IMG/VR virus record: IMGVR_UViG_3300022742_000086
Span: 1-34,794 of that record
Direction: 5' to 3' (one strand)
Source of the DNA: a virus
Lineage: Duplodnaviria > Caudoviricetes
DNA: 34,794 nucleotides
This document shows positions 1-7,996 of the stretch, one piece after another. The notes under the pieces are model-generated. The model saw nothing but the letters and a program-made list of their open reading frames with translations. It was not told where the DNA came from and did not search any database. The translations under genes and the position numbers were made by a program. The first letter of the stretch is position 1. Every line of letters starts with the position of its first letter.

Positions 1-621
1 TTACTTCTTTTCCATCCAGGCCAGCAGAGAAGCCCATTGTTCCAAATCTTTCTTGTGCCGAGCCTTCGGGGGATCAAAGATCGTTGCGCCGGCTGCAGCA
101 ACATTTACATAGTTCTGCGTATTACGGAGATAAGCCACGATCGGCAAATCAAAATGCGTGAGGAACTCCTCAAGCATACCCGCCGCACGAGTCCGGGGAT
201 CAACCCGCATCGCAACGATACCGACCTTCGCCTTGGCCCCGCGAATCTCACTGCGTATTACATTAAGAAAGTCTTCGGTTGCGGCCATATCAAACACCGA
301 CGGCACCAGAGGCACGATGATTTTATCAACCGAGCGCATGGAGTCGCTCAGTTTGTAGCCCTGCAGCCCTGCCGGCGCATCGACAACAACCCAGTCCGCT
401 TCCTTGGGGAAATTCAGTCCGATCTGGTTTCCGGCAAAATATCCGGTCACCGGCGCCAGCGACGCATCGCGAAAAGCCATCCAGCGCAGAGCCGATTGCT
501 GCCGATCCAGATCACACAGCGTGGTCGTCAGACCCTGATTGGCGAAATAACCGGACAGGTTGGTCGCCAGCGTCGTTTTTCCCGCCCCACCCTTGGGGTT
601 TGCCACCAGTACGGACCGCAT
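1..621 (-). CDS. ParA/MinD-family ATPase (orphan ParA, host gene)
   Basis: Deviant Walker A NPKGGAGKTT, CDLDRQ, VVVDAP and PS..D motifs; 206 aa; no parB visible in the window. Confidence 0.9.
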   Translation of the reverse strand: MRSVLVANPKGGAGKTTLATNLSGYFANQGLTTTLCDLDRQQSALRWMAFRDASLAPVTGYFAGNQIGLNFPKEADWVVVDAPAGLQGYKLSDSMRSVDKIIVPLVPSVFDMAATEDFLNVIRSEIRGAKAKVGIVAMRVDPRTRAAGMLEEFLTHFDLPIVAYLRNTQNYVNVAAAGATIFDPPKARHKKDLEQWASLLAWMEKK

Positions 622-715
622 GTGTTTTCCTCCTTTGTGATCGGGAAATTATATTCGCCCCCGCAATCGGCTGATAGATGCATAAAATAGTCGTTTGCAT
701 CGCACCCGGAAAAAT

Positions 716-1543
716 ATGATCACCAAGGTTTCCAGCGACCGCCAGGGCATTCAGTCAGTCGAAATCGGCTTTCGACTGTTGCGCATTCTGGCCGCCAACA
801 ATCGGCCGATGATGCTGCGCGATATTGCAGCCGGTGCAGGCATGGCCTCGGCCAAAGCCCACCGCTACATGGTGAGTTTCATGCGCATCGGCATCGTCGA
901 GCAGGATCCGGCCACAGGCCGCTACGATCTGGGTGCCTATGCACTGGAACTCGGCCTGGCCGGACTCGGCCGACTCGACCCCGTTCGACTGGCAGGCCAG
1001 GTACTGGACAATTTATGCGAAGAAATCCACGAGACCGTGGCGCTGGCCGTCTGGGGTACGCATGGAGCGACCATCGTCCGCATTGTGGACGCAGGCGGCC
1101 CGATCACGATCACACTACGCCCCGGCACCGTTCTGTCGCTGGCCCGCTCGGCAACCGGACGAGCCTTCTCGGCTTTCTATCGATCGCCCTTCCTAAAGCA
1201 AAAGCTTGACGAGGAATTGAAGGAGATTGCCCAAGGAAAGGCCGGGATCACAACACAACGGCGACAGCTTGAGAACACGCTTGAAGAAATACGAAATCGA
1301 GGGATCGCCAGGGCAACGGGCAGTCTGACCCCCGGCATCAATGGTTTTTCCGCGCCGGTATTCGATAGCACCGGTCAGATGGTTGCGGCCATCACGTCGC
1401 TGGGCGCGACCGGAGAATTCAATGCCGACTGGGACGGGCCGGTCGCGAACGCAATGCGCATGGCAGCCGACTCATTGTCCCGCCGACTGGGCCATACGCC
1501 AGCCGGGGATTCCGCTGGTGCCCCCGCTCGGCAACGAAAGTGA
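716..1543 (+). CDS. IclR-family transcriptional regulator (host gene)
   Basis: N-terminal GIQSVEIGFRLL wHTH; C-terminal SATGRAF and GINGFSAPVFD effector-domain motifs; ATG at 716 preferred over the TTG at 695. Confidence 0.92.
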   Translation: MITKVSSDRQGIQSVEIGFRLLRILAANNRPMMLRDIAAGAGMASAKAHRYMVSFMRIGIVEQDPATGRYDLGAYALELGLAGLGRLDPVRLAGQVLDNLCEEIHETVALAVWGTHGATIVRIVDAGGPITITLRPGTVLSLARSATGRAFSAFYRSPFLKQKLDEELKEIAQGKAGITTQRRQLENTLEEIRNRGIARATGSLTPGINGFSAPVFDSTGQMVAAITSLGATGEFNADWDGPVANAMRMAADSLSRRLGHTPAGDSAGAPARQRK

Positions 1544-1560
1544 CCATCTGGAGACGATCT

Positions 1561-1590
1561 TCGGGATTCTTGGGGAATTTTTGGGGAGTC
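1561..1590. repeat. Three short direct repeats T(C/G)GGGA, possible integrase arm-type sites at the prophage end
   Basis: tcgggattct / tggggaattt / ttggggagtc, 10-11 bp apart, between the IclR stop and the last phage terminator. Function inferred. Confidence 0.4.
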
Positions 1591-1595
1591 GTTCA

Positions 1596-1624
1596 ATAAA
1601 AAAGGCCGCGCAAGCGGCCTTTGT
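1596..1624 (-). terminator. Intrinsic terminator of the late/lysis transcript (possibly bidirectional)
   Basis: aaaggccgc-gcaa-gcggccttt hairpin; the A-run on its left gives a U-tract on the minus strand; sits between convergent genes. Confidence 0.8.
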
Positions 1625-1890
1625 CATTTGGCCAAATCACCTCGGCCAGGCTGACTCGCACTGCTCGACGTCGGCAAGGTGGCCGTCAGCCGCTGCTGCC
1701 ACGCGTCGATATTCTCGGCCGCACTCGCCGAGTAGGGTTGCGGCGGTGTCTGCTGCCTCGCGGCAGGTGGCGACGGTAGCGTCGGACAGGCGGCGGCGCC
1801 AATCGTCGACTGACCGGCGCAGGCGGTCATCAGCAGCGTCAGCGGCAGCGCGATAAACCGCCAGCTTTTTTTCGGTTTCGGTGCGTTCAT
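1624..1890 (-). CDS. o-spanin (Rz1-like lipoprotein), largely nested in the i-spanin
   Basis: Signal peptide with lipobox LMTA-C, Pro-rich CPTLPSPP segment, alternative frame inside Rz. Confidence 0.8.
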   Translation of the reverse strand: MNAPKPKKSWRFIALPLTLLMTACAGQSTIGAAACPTLPSPPAARQQTPPQPYSASAAENIDAWQQRLTATLPTSSSASQPGRGDLAK

Positions 1891-2119
1891 TGGATGCCCT
1901 TTCTGCGTTGAGAAACCAGCCCTGCTCGCGCAGGCGAGCGGCCGCGGTCTGTTGATCGAGCTTTTCCCGGTACTCGGCCGCGGCGCGCTCGTAGCCGACC
2001 CGCTGCTCAGCCGCGTTGTGACTTTTCCACCACGCGACGCCGGCGACGATCGCGAGGCCGGCAGCGATCGCCAGCAGCGCCGGGCGCCAGGCAGCGGGGA
2101 CGATGGCCGGCGGGATCAT
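1637..2119 (-). CDS. i-spanin (Rz-like)
   Basis: Start MIPPAIV overlaps the endolysin stop (ATGA); one N-terminal TM helix then an Ala/Arg/Glu coiled coil with Cys residues. Confidence 0.85.
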   Translation of the reverse strand: MIPPAIVPAAWRPALLAIAAGLAIVAGVAWWKSHNAAEQRVGYERAAAEYREKLDQQTAAARLREQGWFLNAERASNERTETEKKLAVYRAAADAADDRLRRSVDDWRRRLSDATVATCREAADTAATLLGECGREYRRVAAAADGHLADVEQCESAWPR

Positions 2120-2595
2120 GCGGTCACCCCGCCGGCCTTGATAAATTCGACGCGCAGCCGATCCAGCTTGTTTTCGTGCTGGCCGTAGCCGGCACCGGGC
2201 AAGCTGGCCCAGATGTTCGCGCAGCGCCGGACGGCGTGATCGAGATCGCCAGCCGCGAGCGCCGGCAGTGCGCCCTGCTCGCGGATCTGCTGCAGCGCGA
2301 TCAGGTCCTGAGAGCGCGGCGCGAAATCCGGCAGCCGCAGTTGCCGGCGGTAGGCGTCGTAATACCTGGCCAGCAGCTGATACCGGCCGGCGGCCGTGCT
2401 CTTGACCTGCCACTGCGGGATCGTGACCAGCCGGCGCGGGTGGTCGGCGTAATCGGCAAACAAGGCCCCGCCGACGATGACGTTGTAGCCGTCGTCCGAT
2501 CCTTTGATCCTGGTCGTGCCCTCAGACCAGGCGATCATATCGAGAAAGGCCAGCACGTTCTGGCCGCCGGCGTCGTCTTTTGAGATTCTTGGCAT
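2116..2595 (-). CDS. Endolysin, lambda R-like lytic transglycosylase
   Basis: AFLDMIAWSEGT, STAAGRYQLL, DFAPRSQD and IWASLPGAGYGQHE, typical of lambda R. Confidence 0.95.
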   Translation of the reverse strand: MPRISKDDAGGQNVLAFLDMIAWSEGTTRIKGSDDGYNVIVGGALFADYADHPRRLVTIPQWQVKSTAAGRYQLLARYYDAYRRQLRLPDFAPRSQDLIALQQIREQGALPALAAGDLDHAVRRCANIWASLPGAGYGQHENKLDRLRVEFIKAGGVTA

Positions 2596-2599
2596 ATGG

Positions 2600-5500
2600 T
2601 TAACCCTGGAAGTTACGGGCGAGCACGGTGTATTGCACGCTTAATGGCCAGCCTATTTCAATTAGATTTTTAATTAGCCCGGAAGGCCTATCGAAAACCG
2701 TTAAATATTTCGCCGCGATGATCCTCACAGAATTTCCGTATATCAGCGTTCCGTGATCCGCACGGCAGTTGATTCCTGTGGTAAGGATGGCGTTCTGATT
2801 TGATCCTGACGTCACTGTGTGTGCCTTGAACCGGAATCTTCCAGTGCCCGGAGCGGGAGTATCCACTTCTCGATAAGATGCCGATGGATTCAGCGTCGCG
2901 TTGAATCGATATATTGTGTTGCCACCGGCCGTCAAATATTCCCAGGCGGCGTTGTGGTCAACCATCAAATTCCCGATGAAATAACCATCCTGATTACTGA
3001 CCGGATTAAGTATTATTTCGAGCTCAGACAAGGTAAATGTTCCGGGTAATGAAATATCTACTCCGTATGTTCCGTCTGCATTAAGCGTCGACGGCATCGT
3101 CACCGTGCCGCGCGCGACGATCGTGCCGATGTCCGGCGTCAGTACGGCCGTCTTCGTGCCGGCAGCATTGCGCACGATCGCGCCGTATTCGCCGCTAGCC
3201 AGCAGACCGGCGCGGAAGCGCTCCAGCCCCATCGGGTCCTTGATCGACAGGTATTTATTGAGCAGATCGAGGTCGACCGCATTACTCGGCGCGTGCAGCC
3301 GGCCGGCGGTGATGTCGCCGAGGTCGGCGGCGATCGCCGACAGCTGCGCCACGGCCAGCCGGTCGGCGGCGATCGAGGCGGCGAGAATGTCGGCGCCGTC
3401 GGCCGCCTTGCTGTAGCTGCTCGTCGCCGCGTTCCAGCGCCAGATTTTTTTGGTGGTCAGGTCATAGACCGCCCAGTGCGACGGGCTGACCAGCGACGTC
3501 AACGTGGCCGCGTTCGCGACACGCGGGATGCCGCCGATCGCGCCGATGTAGTCGACCGCGATCTCGCTGCTGACGTTGAGCGAATCCGTGCCGAACCGGT
3601 CGTAATGCGCGACCCGCACGTAATACACGCCAGGCGCCTGCGCGACCGACGACAGAAACCAGTCCGGCCCATCGTAGGCCGGCACCGTCGCCAACGGATT
3701 GAAACCGCTGGTCTGGCTGACCCATATCTTTGTGGCGACGTAATCCGGCAGTGTCGGCTTCCCGGTCATGACTTCGAGCACCGGGCCGTTGCCGGTGACC
3801 GACAAGCTGGCCGGTGCCGGCATCTGCGCATTACTGGCCGTGAGGATCGCCGGCGACGTGCTGGCGCCGTTGGCGCTGATCGCGGTCAAGCGGAATTCGA
3901 GTGTGCGATACGGCCCGCCGTCGGACTGGTTGTCTTCCCACGCGTAGACAAAGGCGGTGTCGGCGATGCGGGTCACCGTGCGCCGCTTGACGCCCCCCGA
4001 CCAGACTTCCATGGTGTAGTGGGCTGCGCCCTTTTGCGCAGCCCATTTGACCGCACAATCCAGCCCGGTCCAGGGCTGCGCCAGGGCCAGCGACGAGACC
4101 TGCCCGAGCGGTGCGCCGGCGATGGTATAGCTGACCGGCGACAGGTCTTCCAGCTGCTGGATGCCGCCGCCGAACAAATTAAACGACTGCAGCTTGACGT
4201 AGAGCGTTTTGCCCAGCAGGTCGGGGTCATAAGTGTATTTGAACACCGCATCATCGAGCCGGACGAACGGCACGCCGGCGGCATGCGCCGCCACCGGCGA
4301 CCCATAGGCGCCGCGCCGCAGGCTGGAGATCGCGTAGGCGTTCGGGCCGGTCAGCACGGCATTCTGATGGGCGATCAGTTCGCCGCCCGCCCACGACAGC
4401 GTGGCGAAAGCGTCACGCTCGGCGGCCGTGGCACCGGCCAGCGTGCCGCCGGAGATCGTCAGATTGACGCCGAGCACCGTCGTGCTGTCAGGGTCCGCGA
4501 CCAGTGGCAGGGGCGTGGTCGTGACGCCCATGCGGGCCTTGCCGGTCGTCCGGCCGATCATCCGATATGTGATGTTATCGAGGCTGATCCAGACGTTTGC
4601 ACCGCCCCAGGTATCGCCGCCGGCGGTGCCGATCCAGACCTCCGGCTGACCGGCCAGCGCAATCGGCGGCTCAAAGATGACCGGCGTCGCCGCGTTGCCC
4701 GGCGCTGCGTTGTAGTCCTTGTTGTAGCCGGTCGCGGGCTGACGCGGCAGCAGTGCGGCACGGCCGGCGCCCTCGGGGAAATCCTCGGCCGTGCACTGGA
4801 TCTTCATGTCGGACGTTTCGATCACCTGCAGCAGCCGCACCGGTAGCCGGTCCATGCGCTGCGGCCCATCGGTCAGCGTCACGATGTCCATCGGCTGCAG
4901 ACGCATGTACGTCCACGGCAGATCAAATTCGTATTCGTTGCGCGTGCGGATGCGCCGGCGGACCTTCAGCTCGCCGATGCGCACCGCGACGTCCGGATGC
5001 AGCAGGCCGTGCGCCTTGAGCGTCGTCTTGTTTTTCTTCGCGCCGTACATCGCCACCGAGGCGGGATCATCGCCGTCGACCGTCTCGGCGTTGTACTCGT
5101 TCGCGGCGTTGCGAAATTCGACGGGCTGGATATTAAAAGTCTCGCTGTCGGCCTTCCTGCGCACGCGCACCGGTTCGTCTTCGTCGCCCAGAAAATCGTC
5201 ATCGGTCAGGTCATACACCGGCGTCACGTTGGGCGACCAGGTGCGGCCGTTACCGCTGACGGCCTGATCGCCCCAGGGGACGATCTCCAGGTGATCGGCC
5301 GCCCAGACGGCCGCCGAGTCGGTCTGCTCCAGGATCTCCTCGATCCAGTCGGCGGCCGGGCGCTGTTCGGCCATTTCCAGCCCGATCACAAAGCCCATGG
5401 CCACTGCGTAGTCGCCGTAGCCGCCGGCGAGCGGGAAGCGAACTGGCGGCGCCCCCGCGCCCCAGCGCTTGTTGACCGCGATTTCCTGCACGGCCTTGGC

Positions 5501-6028
5501 CGGATCGGCGCCCCCGATCTCGGCATCGTAGTGAAACCCAAACACTTCGCACGACAGATTCGGCGGCGAGTCAGTCGAGAACTCGCCCATCTGGATGGCG
5601 GTAATGTTTGCCAGCCCCGGGTAGCGATAAAACAGGTCGGGATGCTTGGCTTCCAGCGCGGCGCTGTAGCTGTTCGGCAGCGCCCCATTGTAAAAGGCAT
5701 AGCCGTAGTCGCTGCCGTCGAGCCGCTGCTTTTGATTGCCGTCCTGCATATAGATCGCGCCGACGCTAACCGGGCCTTCGCATACCCCCCACTGGATGTC
5801 ATAGCGGTAGGTGTACGTGACGTTGGTCATACCCCCGCCGCCGCCCTTGCCGCCGGCCATTTTTTCTTCGTGGCGGATCGCCAGCAGGTCGCCGTAATAG
5901 AGCAGGTTCAGCGCGCAGCGCTGCCGGCCGATGACGACGGGCACCGATCCGCCGTAGCAAGAGGACTGGATGCGCAACGCCGAAATGGCCGGCGTCTCGT
6001 TGATCATGCTGCCGCTGCTGCCGCTCAT
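2600..6028 (-). CDS. Tail tip / host-specificity protein (gpJ-like central fibre)
   Basis: 1142 aa after NlpC; CEGP motif, FN3-like repeats, ITAG coiled-coil linker, AT-richer C-terminal domain. Confidence 0.88.
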   Translation of the reverse strand: MSGSSGSMINETPAISALRIQSSCYGGSVPVVIGRQRCALNLLYYGDLLAIRHEEKMAGGKGGGGGMTNVTYTYRYDIQWGVCEGPVSVGAIYMQDGNQKQRLDGSDYGYAFYNGALPNSYSAALEAKHPDLFYRYPGLANITAIQMGEFSTDSPPNLSCEVFGFHYDAEIGGADPAKAVQEIAVNKRWGAGAPPVRFPLAGGYGDYAVAMGFVIGLEMAEQRPAADWIEEILEQTDSAAVWAADHLEIVPWGDQAVSGNGRTWSPNVTPVYDLTDDDFLGDEDEPVRVRRKADSETFNIQPVEFRNAANEYNAETVDGDDPASVAMYGAKKNKTTLKAHGLLHPDVAVRIGELKVRRRIRTRNEYEFDLPWTYMRLQPMDIVTLTDGPQRMDRLPVRLLQVIETSDMKIQCTAEDFPEGAGRAALLPRQPATGYNKDYNAAPGNAATPVIFEPPIALAGQPEVWIGTAGGDTWGGANVWISLDNITYRMIGRTTGKARMGVTTTPLPLVADPDSTTVLGVNLTISGGTLAGATAAERDAFATLSWAGGELIAHQNAVLTGPNAYAISSLRRGAYGSPVAAHAAGVPFVRLDDAVFKYTYDPDLLGKTLYVKLQSFNLFGGGIQQLEDLSPVSYTIAGAPLGQVSSLALAQPWTGLDCAVKWAAQKGAAHYTMEVWSGGVKRRTVTRIADTAFVYAWEDNQSDGGPYRTLEFRLTAISANGASTSPAILTASNAQMPAPASLSVTGNGPVLEVMTGKPTLPDYVATKIWVSQTSGFNPLATVPAYDGPDWFLSSVAQAPGVYYVRVAHYDRFGTDSLNVSSEIAVDYIGAIGGIPRVANAATLTSLVSPSHWAVYDLTTKKIWRWNAATSSYSKAADGADILAASIAADRLAVAQLSAIAADLGDITAGRLHAPSNAVDLDLLNKYLSIKDPMGLERFRAGLLASGEYGAIVRNAAGTKTAVLTPDIGTIVARGTVTMPSTLNADGTYGVDISLPGTFTLSELEIILNPVSNQDGYFIGNLMVDHNAAWEYLTAGGNTIYRFNATLNPSASYREVDTPAPGTGRFRFKAHTVTSGSNQNAILTTGINCRADHGTLIYGNSVRIIAAKYLTVFDRPSGLIKNLIEIGWPLSVQYTVLARNFQG

Positions 6029-6453
6029 GCGATACCTCGGGGAGAAAAAAAGCGCGGGGTGCGGCGCTGCAGCCGCTGGTCATCGGCGACCGACATTTCG
6101 ATCACCCGGCCGATGGGCGCATAGGCATGGATCACCGTCGGCCAGTCGGCGACGATGCCGCCGTGCGACCAGGTCTTGCCGAACCGCCACAGCACGACGT
6201 CGCCCGGCTGCGGCTGCTCGACCTCGTCGCAGTACGCCAGGACGGCATCCAGATAGCTGCTGTCGGCGCTGTGGAACATCATGTCGTGCGAGTAGTCCGG
6301 CACGACCAGGTCGGCCGGCAGCAGGCCGGCGGCGGTGAAAGCCTCGACGATCAGCATCAGGCAGTCGCATCCGGCGTCGAGGACGCGGGCGCGGTGGTGA
6401 TACGGCGTGCCGATCCAGCGGCGCGCTTCGGCAACGATGCGCTCGCGGGTCAT
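6025..6453 (-). CDS. NlpC/P60 tail-tip assembly protein (gpK-like)
   Basis: ARRWIGTPYHH, GCDCL, PGDVVL, SHGGI and IHA motifs. Confidence 0.9.
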   Translation of the reverse strand: MTRERIVAEARRWIGTPYHHRARVLDAGCDCLMLIVEAFTAAGLLPADLVVPDYSHDMMFHSADSSYLDAVLAYCDEVEQPQPGDVVLWRFGKTWSHGGIVADWPTVIHAYAPIGRVIEMSVADDQRLQRRTPRFFSPRGIA

Positions 6454-7331
6454 ACCGTCGTCTCCGGCACGGGCACGTGCGGGTGCCCGCGGAACCGGTT
6501 ACGCCAGCCGGCCGGATCAAACGCCGCGCAGGCCGACATCGATTTCGGGCACCCCGGCGCCAGGGCCAAGGTATGGCCAACGTTGAGATCGTCCGGGAAC
6601 GGGTAGAGCAGGGTCACCGCGCTGGCAGTGTTGCCCCACACCGTGACCTGCTGATTGACGTTGCCGCCGAGCAGGCCGGTGAAGCGCGCAAAGCCGGCGA
6701 GGTACTTGTCGGCCGGCAGCACGGCACCGGTAATGCCGACCGTCATCCGGTCCTCGCTGACGCTGGCCACCGTGACGTGCGTTTCGCGGCTGGCGCGGTC
6801 GAGCCCGCAGGTGCTGTCATAGACCGTGTTGCTGCACGACGGCTGATAGACGTTTTTGGGCACCGGCGCCTGCAGATAGGCGAGATGCGAATCGACGGTG
6901 ATCGTCGACAACGACCGGCCCGGATCGGTCGGCCCGACGCGGCCGGCAAAGCGCGGCACCACGCCGGCCACTGTGCCGGCGCCGAAAGCACCGACGGCGC
7001 GCGATAACTCGACATCGGCCGCATCGAACAGACCGACGCGGATCGCCATCGGCCAGGGCATGCCGGAGACGCGCAGATCCGCGCCGTGCATGACCTCGAT
7101 GGACAGCTGGTCGACCGACAGCCCGATCTGATACGTGATGTCGCCGCGCGACACGACCGGCACGGCGGCCCGCGCCGGGGACAGCCAGGTTTCGCCGCCC
7201 CAGGTCACGTTGACATCGGCCGACGTGATCCGGATGACATCACCGGAAATCAGCCGGATCGTGTAAAGGTCGGCGTACCAGGCCGACCCAGAATCCAGTA
7301 CGGCCTGCACGGCCTCGCTGACGGCAATCAT
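6450..7331 (-). CDS. Tail hub protein (DUF2163/BR0599, gpL-like)
   Basis: C-x8-C and PGC-x6-C cysteines, C-terminal FRGHPHVP; position between Dit and NlpC. Confidence 0.85.
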   Translation of the reverse strand: MIAVSEAVQAVLDSGSAWYADLYTIRLISGDVIRITSADVNVTWGGETWLSPARAAVPVVSRGDITYQIGLSVDQLSIEVMHGADLRVSGMPWPMAIRVGLFDAADVELSRAVGAFGAGTVAGVVPRFAGRVGPTDPGRSLSTITVDSHLAYLQAPVPKNVYQPSCSNTVYDSTCGLDRASRETHVTVASVSEDRMTVGITGAVLPADKYLAGFARFTGLLGGNVNQQVTVWGNTASAVTLLYPFPDDLNVGHTLALAPGCPKSMSACAAFDPAGWRNRFRGHPHVPVPETTV

Positions 7332-7996
7332 GCGCGCCCCTTGTGCGTCTCGAATTCGATGGCCTTGGCTTTCCAGAGCCGGTAGAGAAAGCGCTCCAGG
7401 TCCATCTCATCATCGGTGAACCGGCAGCGCCGGTAATACTCGCCGGACCAAACCAGCGGCACCCCCGCGGCCGGGGCCGTCGAAAACTGGATGCGACCGC
7501 CGCCGGCGTAGGCGTAGTCGTTGACCCAGACCTGGTAGACGCCAGCCAGAAAATCCAGCGACAGCGATTCCGCCGGCGCGCTGGAGAGATCCGAGTACAT
7601 CGGCACGCCGCCGGCGGTGAGGCTGCCCAGCGTCTTGATGTCGGTCACCGGCTCGACGAAGCCGCCGAAGTCGCGGACCAGATAAAAATCCGTGGTCACC
7701 CCGTCGCCGACGCCGAACTGCTGGTCGACGACCGTGCAGTCTTCTTCGTCGAAGAACAGCCAGGTGTCGGCCCGGCCGCCGTGCCGGTTGTAGAAGCCGA
7801 CCAACTGCTGCAGTTCGGCCTCGCTGCCGGAGCGCAACACCTCGAACGACAGCCGGTAGCGGTACTTAGGGTAGGTCATCGATGACAGCGCCACGCTGCA
7901 GCCGGAGACCGACTCGTGCACGGTCGTGTTCCAGATGGGCGTTTTGCTCATCTCGACGCTGACGCCGGCGAGGGCGGGGAAAATCAGATTGCTCAT
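7328..7996 (-). CDS. Distal tail protein (DUF2460-like)
   Basis: FGVGDGVTTDF, APAAGVPLVWSG and CRFTDD motifs; follows the tape measure gene. Confidence 0.85.
   Translation of the reverse strand: MSNLIFPALAGVSVEMSKTPIWNTTVHESVSGCSVALSSMTYPKYRYRLSFEVLRSGSEAELQQLVGFYNRHGGRADTWLFFDEEDCTVVDQQFGVGDGVTTDFYLVRDFGGFVEPVTDIKTLGSLTAGGVPMYSDLSSAPAESLSLDFLAGVYQVWVNDYAYAGGGRIQFSTAPAAGVPLVWSGEYYRRCRFTDDEMDLERFLYRLWKAKAIEFETHKGRA

Noticed and set aside
1-621. parA as a phage-plasmid partition gene
   Set aside because: Lies outside the inferred boundary, beyond a host iclR gene.
2120-2413. N-terminal extension of the i-spanin in the ORF track
   Set aside because: Overlaps the endolysin; the ATGA-coupled start at 2119 puts the TM helix at the N-terminus.
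2600-3100. Diversity-generating retroelement target or invertible segment
   Set aside because: No reverse transcriptase, template repeat, invertase or flanking inverted repeats seen in the window.
3293-6124. Long plus-strand ORFs opposite gpJ (also 17133-19166, 23556-24779, 26151-27308)
   Set aside because: Antisense shadows of GC3-rich genes; no SD or motifs.
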